From Endomicrobiales bacterium (lineage in GTDB: Bacteria; Elusimicrobiota; Endomicrobiia; Endomicrobiales; CAWCFT01): 64,000 bases of DNA. Every line of letters begins with the position of its first letter. Positions within the stretch are counted from its first letter, which is position 1. This document shows, one piece after another, positions 52,201-64,000 of the stretch. Position numbers and translations under genes: made by a program. Below the pieces are notes generated by a model. It had not been told where the DNA came from and searched no databases. It was given only the letters and a program-made list of their open reading frames with translations. The stretch spans positions 59,473-123,472 of the forward strand of contig CAWCFT010000003.1 in assembly GCA_963794945.1 (NCBI GenBank). Reading direction: 5' to 3'.

Positions 52201-55200
52201 CTCTGCCGTATGAAGGCCAGAAAATGAGCCCTGAGGATGAAAATAATTTTAACCGCCTGGAAAAAGACTTAAAGGAAAACGGGCCGGTCACTTGCACTAT
52301 CTTTAAGGCTTTTTATTTTAATGAAGTTATTTCCGACAAAAATAAACTATCTTCGCGCTATCTGGATATGATCACCGAAAACCTTGCCGCGAACGGCATT
52401 ATCGTTTGCAGCGACAAGGACAATGAATACAATTGGAAGCCTTACAAAGTATTGAACGAACTGGGCTTATTTGATCCATTGATAAGAAAAATACGCGGCT
52501 ATGAAGATAATGGTATTTACTTTTCATATAAAGAATTTCCTGTTCAGGTAATGATAAAACGTGAAGCCGCACAAGTTCAGCCGTCCGGGTTTTTAGATAA
52601 ACTGGTGAGTAAAGTATGGCAGCCTATTCAGGAACAGCAAGTCAAGCTTGAAACCAATATCGAGCCGGTTCAAAAACAAAAAATAGATAAACAAAAATTG
52701 AATGAAATTGATAAAGATGAAATTGCGCACTTTATTGATAAAACAAAGGGCGGCAATGGATTATTTAATTACTCAAATGAAAGCTTAATAAAAGCCATTG
52801 TTTCAGGCCCGAAAGCCTATATGCTCAAATTCGGTTATACTGCGGCAAGGCTTTTTGCTGAGTATGGAATTCTTATCGTTTTCATTCCTGTATTTTTATT
52901 CCAGCACAGTTTAATAACGGCAGGCATCAGCGCTTTGGCATTTGCGTCTATAATTTCGCTTATCAGTATGATAAATGTCAAAGGCATAATGTTCCCGTTA
53001 GTAAATAAGATAAGCATATTTGAGAAATATAATGAAAATATGAGGCGCATGGCATTGACTCATGAACTTACCCATCTTAGTATGCGAGCGTTAGGAAAAA
53101 CAGCTTATGTTGCCAGCTATATGCACACAATAAGATTAATGGAATTGGGTTCAGTGCCGGCTATGTCATATTTTAAAGCCATGGAAATTGTCCGCAACGT
53201 ACCATTAGAAAATGTTCAGGGATATATATCGGGTATAGATACGCCAAAAAGCAAAGCATGGCGCTGGTTTTTCGAATTTAACGGCGAACCATCATATGGC
53301 CGCAAGCATGGTACATTGCTGGCAATAATTGCCGTTGATATCCTGAAGGATCTAGACAAAGCATATATTGTCGGCACGTATCTTGCCGCCGGGAAATCAT
53401 TTAGTGAAGCATTAAAGTTGGTGAATTATAAAATAAAAAGTGAAGTAAAATCTAAAAACAAACCCCACGCCGGTTTCTGGGCCGAGATGCTTGGGGGATT
53501 TTTCGCTCCCAGTGATAATGCCAGGACAGCAAGGCTTAAGGCGCTGGCAGGCAGCAGGCAAACGCCTGTAAATTTTATTAAGAAGATCGTTGACATTGGC
53601 GGCAGCAAGGTGCCTGTGCATTTTACGGAAACTTTCCGGAAACGTTTGGAAAATCAAGGTAAAACAATGCAGGGCTTTATTAATGAGAGTATATCCATCC
53701 GCGGCCCGGACTATGCCAAGCGTCTTGAAACAGGCCTTAAAAACAAACCCTACCTTATAATAGATACGCTTGCCAAAACCCCCAACCTGTACGGCAACTG
53801 CTTAAATGACGGATACATGTATGTAAACGAGAACGCGTCGGAAGAACTGGATGTGCTGGGTGTGTCCCACGAACTGATGCACGAGGCCGGCCTGTTCAAC
53901 GAGTCCCCGGAAAGCGAATTAGACCTTCAAAAACTTGACCAGGAAATCCTTGCCAAGCGCCCGGATCTTCTGGAAGTTATAGATAATCTTTCCGCAACCG
54001 GAGTAGTTAAGTTAATAGAACATGACGCCAATGCCCAGAGCAAGCCTGATATTAATCCCGCGATAGGGAATCCCCCGGCGCTTACCGAAAGGGCCGCCAC
54101 AACAGATAAAAGCCTGGCCGAAATTCCCCAAAATAGATCATCTGGGTATAGATACACCCCGACCAAATGGGACCTGCGGCAGGTTAAACAGTATCTGCAA
54201 TATGCCAATAAAAAAATACCCTGGAGAAAATTCATTAAGGATGACCCGGAAGGAGCCGTGAAACTGCTTTCTGAGATCGCGAAAGAATCTAAGATTGAAG
54301 ACAATGACCCCGGCCAGTTGATGGAGCAAGATTTTAATAAACTAATTTCGCTATGGGGTTATCCCCAGCGGAGTTACTATTCTTTGATGACGGCTGTTTC
54401 TACGTTAAAAAAGCTTAAGCAACAATTGGGCATCGTTGATACCAGTTGGAAGCGCCGGAATGATAAAAACCAGACAGAGAAGCCAAAGAAGAACAGTGAT
54501 AATAACGCTACTGACCTTAAATGGGACCTGCAGAAGGTAAAACAATGCTTGCAGTTTGACTATAAAAAAATACGCTGGAGAAAATTTCTGAAAGATGACC
54601 CGAAAGGAGCCGTGGAACTGCTTACTGAGATCGCAAAAGAATTGAATATTGAAGGCAATGACCCCGGCCGGTTGACCGAACTGAACTTTAAAACAAAAAT
54701 TTCGCTATGGGGATACCCCCCGCGTAGCTACAATGCGCTGAGTTCAGCTATTACGTTAAAGAGACTTAAAGAAAAACTGGGCATCGTTGATACCAGTTGG
54801 AAGTACGGGAAAGAAAGGTATGATAAAAAGTTAGGCGGGAATGCGCAGGATATTCCCCAGGGCGGCATTCTGAAGAGGCCCCGGCCTCAAAAGAAACCAG
54901 CATCAATCCGGCAGGGCAGGAGGCCGGTGCCAACAATACCAAAGGCTCAGGCAAAAGCGCAAACGGCGGCATAACTTTGAAATGGCTTCGGCCTATCTCG
55001 ATTTTGGCCATGTTTATTCCATATTTTGCGAATGCGCAGGCATGGAGAGGACAGAACGCTGAAGCATTTTTGAATACTGATATTCTCGTGAGTGAATATA
55101 CCGAAAGAAACCTACAATCAGAGCAGCGCGCGCATGATTCTATCTTGGAGGCGAACTTACCTAAGTGGAGAAACCTCATTATAGCCGGTCCCGAATCGCC

Positions 55201-58200
55201 GGAATACAACTGCATAGCGTTGAGTATCGGCAGGACAGATTGTGTATTAGATCCCGCGGAGACGCTAGAAGCCGCGGACGTTTTCTACCGCTGTTTTGGC
55301 TATAGTGTTTGCCAGCAAAAGGGCGCGGCTGTAGCAGTTTTCGCGGACGGCGAAATACCCCAGCACGCGGCAGTTTGCCTAGGCAACGGTATGTATGAAA
55401 GCAAATTAGGTGCCTGGGAGCTGGTAATTCACAAGCTGAGTGATTTTATAGGAACCCCCTATGGGCAGGTAGCGCGTTTCTACAGCAAGGATGACGCGCC
55501 TGCCGAAGCCCGGGTAGCGTATTGCCTTAAGGCGCTGAAAGAGGCGCAGAAAAATAGTGCTGCCGCCGCGGAGAGCATTCTTGGGGTGCTCATGGAAGCG
55601 GCTCTTGTAGGCAATGATGTTGCGTTCCAAACACTCAAAGCAGTCGCAGATTCAACTCTTGAACCGTTCGGGGTTGATGTTTGGAAGAAGCTGGCCGGTA
55701 AACTGCGGGAGACAGATGTTTCAAAAACACCTGAGGGCCTTGAGGGCATTAACATACCAGAATCCGGATTTATGAGTTTGTCCGCTGAACATGCTGAAGC
55801 AATGTTAAAAGGTTTGGGGTATACTGAGATAAACAACTTGGATTGGATGAAACTTTTACTCAGAAGCACCCTTAAAAAAGCAGGCATACAGGGGTTCACC
55901 AGCGATAATCAGCTGCATATACTCTCGGGCCATCAGCTTGAAAACGGAAAGGAATTGGCCGCGTTCGCTTATGATGCTAAAGGAACGCCTCACTTGTATA
56001 TTCATATATCTTTACTGATTAAACACACTAAGGAACTGCCTGAGGGAGAACGCATACTGAACCGATCAATACGCCCTGTGCTTCGCAAAGCGATGACGCG
56101 CGAACAACTGGCCTCACCGCGAGGGAAGCTAACATTGGCCGGCGCTGACTGTTCGGAAGTTTTGACTGGGCTGCGCTGATAGAAGAGGCGGTTTATGCTA
56201 ACCCGATGTTCACAATACCGCATGAAACCCTGCCTGACATAAGCTATAATAGCGCTGATTTTTTACTGCGCGCGCTGGGATTCAGCGAAACCGATGATTA
56301 TCTTCATCTCATTAAATCTATTATAAAGAACTTCGGCCTTTATGGAGAGATAGAGTCCGCGGAACAGATACATATTCTTCGCGGATCTATAGAGAATGGC
56401 CAGGATTGGAATGATGAACATCAGTTTGTCACCTTCGTTAAAGATACGGACGGCAATGTCCACATTTACATACACGAAGAGTTTCTCAAAGCTTGGGACA
56501 GAAAGGGCCTGCTTTCAAGCGCGCTTGCCCTGGCCATAGCCCACGAATATATTGAATATAAGCTGATAAATGAACATAAAAAAAACCCTGCCGAAGCTCA
56601 CGATGAAGTTGAAGCTATGGGCCTGAGCATAATATGGTTGGATAAGCAGGTTGCGGATGGAGCCTCTAATCACGAAATCCAGGATAGAATAACACAAATC
56701 GTAAGAAATTGGTTAGGTAAAACCGAAGAAGATATTGTTGAAAATACAGTGAATTCTGCGGAAATAGGTTCAGTTAATTCAGGGCCTGATGCCGATGCCG
56801 GTTCGGCTGGCGCCAATTTAACTCCTGAAGACATAATGGATATGGTCAGGAATGCCGGCAATCAAGAAGATAAATTATTAAAAGTTATTGAAAAAATAAA
56901 GAACAGCCCACCCATTTTATCCAGCACTAAAGTTAATATAAAATCAGTAACGGAAGCGCGCAAATACATTAACTTGATAGTAAGGGCGCTCATCGCTAAT
57001 ATTATACCTACAAGCCCGGATGAACAGGACAGGCGATTATCCATTGCCTGCGCATTCGTTCTTGAGAAAATAACCAATGGCAATATGCGTATCCTAAAAG
57101 CCAACAGGAATGTTCACTACAAGATAGTTATGCCGGGAGATGACACAAGGCAGATCTCCAAACTACCGGACTTCGTTCCTAAAAACCCAACGCACCAATT
57201 GAGAGTTGTAATTTCAGCCCAGCAGTATCTGCTCACCCCGGCAAATGATAAAGAGGTTAACCGCGCCCCGGGCCTTTCCGAAACAGAATTGGTTAGATTG
57301 CAGCAGCCTGGCGCTGACAATGTTTCTGCCAATGCCAGTTTCTCGCAGCCGCCTGACATATTGTTGAGGGAACTGATAACCGAAATGAAGATGGCCCTGG
57401 TTGCCTTGCGCACCCGGCCTGACGGCGTGGTGGTATTCGGCAGTGTCCGCATTGATAAAGAAAGCCCTCTTTATAAATTAAGCGTTGAGTTGGGTGAAGA
57501 ACTGCACAATGCAGGTTATGCGATTATAACCGGCGGCGGGCCTTCAATGTCGGAAGGCCCGATGAAGGGAGCCGGAGGAAAGAACACATACGCGGTAAAT
57601 ATTGTCGTGCGCTGGGAGCAAAAGCTCAATCCCTTTGTTGAAAATGCGATAACCTGTAAACATTTTGTCACGCGCAAAATGATACTGAACAATAATACTA
57701 TCTGCGCCGTTTGTATGCCGGGCGGTTTCGGCACAATGGATGAATTGTTTGACGTTCGGCGCCTGGCGAGCCCATAGTTCTATTGGGCAAGGATTATTGG
57801 GAGCCTATCATTAAGTCAATAATCGATGCCTGGAAGCGTGAGGGATGGGCGGTAGATTCAGCTGATATGCCTTATATTACTGATGATGTATCCGATGCCG
57901 CGGCATATGTCAATTACGCGCGCAATAACAGGCAGGTCCCGCGGATGACTGAAAGCGCCATTGCCAAGGCGATCTATGAGCTCGAAGCCGGCATGGCATG
58001 GCTGAAACAATTTCCAAGCGCTGTAACGATATTGGGCCATTCTTCGCCAAATAGCGCCGATATGCAAATTATGCGGGATACTCTTGAGGGCCTTGCCGGC
58101 CGAAAAGAGCCTGTATGCGTTTCCATGCCTGAGATTTACGAACTGGCGCGTGAAATTTATGGCAAATCCGGATATGAACGCCTGGTGCGCGGCGTCTTAT

Positions 58201-61200
58201 TGCAATCGCCTCAAAATTCAAGGCGCTACCAGAACGATAAACAGGTAATGCTGGTATCATCAGTGCAGAATTATCATGTGCTTGTAACTGAGAACTCGCA
58301 CGCCTTTCTCGCTTTGCCCGGACAGATAAAAACATTCAGTAATTTATTTGATATTCTGGAAGTGATACACACCTATAAAATATCCCCACATCCGATAATC
58401 CTGATTGGCAAAGGTTTCTGGCAGCCGATTAAAGATATCATGACGAATAAAATGCTTAATGGCGTGCCAGGCAAGCAGTTGATCGACCAGTCCGACCCTG
58501 ATCTTCTGAAGGTTGCGGGCAGCGCCGAAGAAATATTTAATTATTTGTCAGCCGCAGGTAAACCGGAACAGAAAGAAAGCGCTTACCTTGGCAAAAATAC
58601 AATTGAACAAACCTCGCGAATACAGGCAGTCCTGCAAGGCCTTAAGCAGGCAAGCGCCGGCCAGGTTCAACTGCTTGCGCTGCTTTTTAGTATGTCAGTC
58701 AGTGCTTCCGACAAGATACTCGCGCTTTTAACCGGCAAAGGGCTGTCCGATGAAGAGCGCGCCGGGATCGCCGTGGAAGACGTGACAGATCAATTTGCCG
58801 GTATAACAACATTAATAGAGCAGGACACAGAACTGAAGCAGGCGCTGAATAAATCTTATATCACCGGCATCGAAGTATGGAAAACCCCGTATTCTATTTA
58901 CGGCAAAGACGCCTACGCGCTCGCTACTGTAGAAGCGCGGCGCTGAACATGAAAACGTGTTAATTATCGCTGAGCCGCTTGCCGCCTGCTTGATCCAAAA
59001 GTCGCCGCAGGAGCGAAAAAACCTTCTTAAAACCTTATTTGAGCACGAGAAGGATGAATGGACGGCATTGAATGACGAAACCGACCCTTTATACAGGGAT
59101 CTCGGCAGGTTCATAGAGTGGTTCAACAAGAAAAATGGACAAATAGCGGTGGAACTGCTTAACCGCGATTCCGGCGCTTTCCATGAATATATAGATTATC
59201 TTGCCAATTCCAAAAACAGCATAAACAGGGACTTCGGTATTGAGCACAAAGAGTTTATCGGCAGGGCTCCACCGCAGGCTGCATTACTGAAATTCGCGCA
59301 AAAACAGCGGACGCTGCGACGCAGCACGCGGTCAGCAGGCCATCCAGCGACGAAATACTGCTGGAGAATTATTTTAATGATCTGGAGAACTGTAACGGAA
59401 AATTATTCGAGCGTTTAGCGAAGAGGATGGAGAGGGAGCGCGCGGGCCTGCCCGCGGAGGACGTCCGCGCCGGGCGCGCCGCCGTTGTGCAGGAACTCCT
59501 TTCATTCATAGGTGAAAACGGCAAATTCGCACCCAAAAACTTTTCCCGCTACGGCTCCGCGGTAGAGGCAATAAACAAACAAGTACAGGCCGCGGTGAAC
59601 GCCATAAACTCCGACAATGAACCGGCCGGCACGACCATTCTAGTTGCCCTCGCATTTACAAACATCTACGGCATTCTTTCGGACATCGAACAGGAACGCC
59701 TTGCCCTGCTTAAGACGCTTAAGATTCCGCCTTTAATCAAAAAGAACGGCATGATAGAAACTCAGCAGACTCGATATATGAACCTTCCGGGCACGGACAG
59801 GCCGGTGCGCGCCCGTTCATATAACAAGAGTGAGACTGTATGGGAAGCCGGCTGGATGCTGGACCATATTATAGACAGTGAGATCGCCGAAGTGAGGCGT
59901 ATGCGCTCGCAAGCTGATGAGTTGGGCGAGATCGCGGCCCTGATCCGTGAACGGCTTACAGCCGGCGGCGCAACAAAGCTTAACGATGAGGATAAAGCGG
60001 TTATCCGAGCGCGGATACAGTCGCTTATCGCGGGTGGTGTTCAGCACCCGCTGGACACATCAAAAGTATCCGCGCGCAGAATGCTTATTACGGCGCTCGA
60101 AATTCTTTCCACAACGGAGCACGCGCCAACAGCGCTCTCGCACATAGAAGGCGCCCGGCAGAACGCTCAGCAGAGAGAACAGACAGCGCGCGTTATTATC
60201 GCGAAACTGCAGGAAGGGCGGATAAAGGCGTTTCGAGACAGGATCAGAGAACGGGATAAATATGTAAAAGACAAAGCTGAATACGCGCGCAGCAGCTATA
60301 ATAAAATATACAACAGCATTACGCCCGGGCCGCTGAAATAGAACGGGCCAACGCGCTTGACGCGCTTAAAGACATTGCGAATTATCCTTGGATAAAAGGC
60401 GAGCCGGACTACCGCGATATATACGGGGTTCTTTTCGGGGACAACGGCCTGATTGCCGAAGCCGGCAAAAAAACCGAAAAAGAAATAAATGGAATTTATG
60501 ATAAGTTTCAGTATCTCATATCGTTCCCGAACAACGCGAACCAGCTTGACGAGCTTGTTGCCAGCTATCGGGATGCGCTTGTAGCTAAAGAACTCCAATC
60601 GGCCGTGCCTGTAGACCGGGCCGCCCTTTTTGAGGAAATATTCGCGTCTTTCGTTAGCAAATATCCCCGCGTGTTTGGCAGTGGTAATATCAACGCCGAA
60701 AAGAATCGCGCGCTCTGGCGGGCTAAGTTCTATCAGGCTGTTAACATTCCTCTTAAAATAAAAGGCCCTAAAAAAGCTTCTGAAAAAATCGCCAACCCGG
60801 CTTTTGATGCCGCGTCAACCTATATCAAACTGCTTTCATTTAAATCCATAGAAGATGTCATTGAAAGAAAGAGAGTTGTAAAAGACCTTGATACCAGCCT
60901 CGAAAACACACAAGCTTTACTTAAACAACTTAATTCAAACCCGGATAATCTAACCGCCTACCGCGATACGAAATCAGGAAAAGATATTTCTATTCACGCG
61001 CTGAAGCCTGCGAATTTCGCGAGGCTGATGGAAGCAATCATCGCGGACTATACCGCCCGCTTTTCGCTTGACGATGACGGCGCCGCTCTTTTGCGCGCTA
61101 GCGTTGCCGCAGAGCAAAACGGCAGCGGAAAACCGCCGTTGGATGATATCCGCGGCCTCATCGGTATATCAATTAAAACTTCCATAAGGCAGCTGCTTGA

Positions 61201-64000
61201 ACTTTCCGGGATAGAAAAACCGCTTCAGCTGATGCATGAGGTTGTTAATGCGGTTAAGAAAGTTGTTTCGCCAGATAAAAAAGAATTAAACACTGATGAG
61301 AGGCAGAAGTACAAACAGAACGAAGAAGCCCTCTCCAGGCTGACAGGCCTGAATGTGGCGACATATAAAGGCGGCGCATTTGGCATGAGCATGCCTCTCG
61401 GCGGCGGTGACTACGGATTTGCCGCTTATGACGACGTAAAAAATGAATACCAGGTTTCGGAAGGTTTCTGGGGCGTATATAAGACTGAGGCCGAACAGGC
61501 CGCCGCGTTAAAATACGTTCAGAACCAGAATAAATATCTTGCCGAGCACACTGAAAAGGCGCCTGAAGATTACATTACATTCGTGCATGAGCAGGCTCAG
61601 GATGGCAATATACACTATACAGATGAGGACGCCGCGATAGACGCCGCGTACAAAGCCCTCGGGCCGGCGTTATACGAAACGCGTTTTAGCTTGACTGACA
61701 GTTTAAGGGAAGCCATTTCTGCCGCCGGCTGCGCGCTTAGCGGTTTTGCTCCGGAATCTGAAGTTTCGGCCGGCCTTATCGCAGATAATATTTGGCATGC
61801 CAACCGCATAGCCAAAATAAAAAGGAACATTGTTCAGCGCCTTGAAACCGCGCGGAAGAATGGGAAATTCGGCAACTGTTTTGTGGCCATTGAATCTAAA
61901 ATGTTCGGGCTTTCAGGCGCCAAGGGCGGCGGCCAGGGCTTATATATGAAAGAACTGCCCAAAGTGCAGTCACAGGGAGGCATAGCGTCGTTTGTGGTCA
62001 CACCGTTGTTCTCGAACAGGATACGTTCAGTTTACGGCGACCTGAAAACATTCCTCCGCAAAACAGATTCAACCGTGCTTTTTGATATTTCAGTTCCGGT
62101 GGGCAACGGCAGTATACCGCTGAAGGTTATTCATTCCGATGACGGCGGCGTGCCAACCCTGTCTCTATATGACGAGTCAGGCCACTTCTTTAACGAATTA
62201 TATTCAAACCCGCACCCTGAGTCGCTCGGCGGATACCTAGAAACGATCCTGCTCTCGCAGGCAGCGCTTATCATACAGGACAAGCTTGGCGTCCAATTCG
62301 AATGTTTCCATTTTAACGACTGGCAGACAGCGCTGGGCCCCGTTTATATCAAGGAAAAGTATAGGAACAAAAAATGGCCGCTTGGCTTCAGGCCGGCCGC
62401 GGTATTTACAACCCATAACCTTGAATATCCGGGCGCTTATATGGGCAAGATGGAACTCGATTACGATCCGTTCATTGAATACCTGTTCAAACACGGTGTA
62501 CTTGGCATCCACCGGACCGAGAACGATCTCTGGATGAACAGCTATTACCCTGGTTACGGAAAGATAGTTGTTGAACTTTTCAAGCTCACTGGCTTAAGGA
62601 ACGAGCTTAGGGACGATATAGAAAATGGGCTTGAGTTCAATTCTCAGCCTTTTGAAGGCCGCCACGCACTGATGAAAGGCGGGTTCATTGATTCTGACCG
62701 GGTTGTTTTTGTAAGTGACGGGCACCGCGAAGAAGCCATGACACCGGCGCGCGGTTTCGGGTTTGACGGCCTGCTGCGCCGGCTTTCTTATAAAGTAAAA
62801 TCCATATACAACGGCATCATAGAAAACCAGCACGAAGCAAAAAGCCTCGATGCTCTTAAGGTTGATGGATTCACCTCGGAAATAGGCGATGACCCTATAG
62901 CTTGGAAAGATGCCAACAAAGCTGCGCTGCAGAAGAAGCTTAAGTTTGAGGTCAACTCGAACAACATTGTAATCAGCATGATAGGCAGGATGGTCAAGCA
63001 GAAAGGCTACGATGTGCTGTTCGCTCCCCTGTACGGCAAACCGCTTATAGAGCATTTACTCGATTACCGCGACCCGGTAACAGGCGGGAGGATACAGCTG
63101 GTAATACAGGGTGCAGCAGGCGATGATCTCGGTTTATGGGTGGAAGGCCAGCTCAAGGGGTACGAGACGCGCTACCCCGGACAGCTGAGTTATACTGACC
63201 ATGTAGATGCTGTGCTTGCAAAACAGATGCGGGCGGGGGCTGAGCTGGGAATAGTGCCTTCTGTAGACGCACCGGCGGAACTTGTTCCGCAGGAAAACGC
63301 GAAACTGGGCTGCCTTAACATATTAACAAACCGCGGCGGGCTTAAAGACTGCAAACGGGACAGTGGCAGCCCGTTCAGCCTGGTGTCAGGTTTTGAAAGC
63401 GGCGACAGTCACGAAGCGTTGTGGTCCCGTATTCAGGCGGCCAATGAAATATTGGATATAGTAAAAGGCTTCTTTCCAACACGGCGCGATAAGGCCGCCT
63501 ATGGAAAAATGCTTAAAGATATATTAAACAGCGGTTTCGACTGGCTCAAAGACGGCAAGGTTGCAAAGTATGAACAGCTTTACGGCGAAGCGATACGGCA
63601 GGCAAAAGAGGAATCCGGCTACATAGAACAGAACAAAAATGGGAAGCCGAACGAAGCCGATGACGTAAAGGCCGCTTCCTGGTTTGGCGGCAGGTGGCTT
63701 AAAAACGCGCATATATGGGAAACCTTGATATCTTTAGGCTTACCCGCCGCCTATGTAATTGTCAGGATTGCCCTGGCGCATTATGTTCCGTTCCAGGTAG
63801 TTGGAAATACGGCAAAACTATGGTATCTCGGGTTGTTTTCACTCAGCAACACGTTCGTAGCGCTTTTGATATTCAACTCAGGGCATTTACTGTCTCCTTT
63901 CGGGCGAAAGATGTTCCTGAAAAACGAGTTATATATAGTTATGGACAAAACATTTTACGCCGGCGCCGCGCTTTATGCCGGCCATAGGCGCGGCCGCTGT
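43260..64000 (+). CDS. Giant multidomain secreted protein (>6,900 aa, runs off the window), interrupted by about 8 apparent frameshifts
   Basis: Successive + strand ORFs abut or overlap, usually with the next frame already open upstream. Breaks near 50640 and 50775 are repaired by the internal duplicate copy, and the break near 57765 falls inside a LOG domain. The last frame is open from about 60330 to the window end. Confidence 0.75.

Overview
Bacterial chromosomal window, probably Elusimicrobiota-like. That assignment is an inference from the nadD-yqeK-LCP-pilT-rsfS gene order, PorV/T9SS-CTD-like proteins and a giant multidomain gene. Many conserved genes (rsfS, pilT, LCP, proA, clpB, cysE, porV-like) are broken by single-base indels, most likely long-read consensus errors, so I joined split ORFs. 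Layout: 1-7.9 kb, LysM and coiled-coil genes plus the nadD operon. 8-18.8 kb, an accessory stretch with an NHL protein, a serine hydrolase, an IS110/IS1111-type element with a readable bridge-RNA-like 3' end, and a PIN toxin-antitoxin pair. 18.8-27.9 kb, a moxR-DUF58-batABCDE operon with a palindromic repeat in almost every intergenic gap. 28-42.5 kb, housekeeping genes (proA, aconitase, clpB with CIRCE, cysE, ZIP) and a PorV-like/FlgD-CTD pair. From 43.26 kb to beyond the window end, what appears to be one giant (>6,900 aa) secreted protein. It strings together an EreA/ChaN/TIKI-like head and HD, UPF0489-like, HATPase, duplicated methyltransferase-like, GNAT, papain-like, two LOG and glycogen-synthase-like domains, with recurring HExxE/HExxH modules between them. 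All domain calls are from motifs read by eye; no searches were run. No rRNA, tRNA or CRISPR array was seen.
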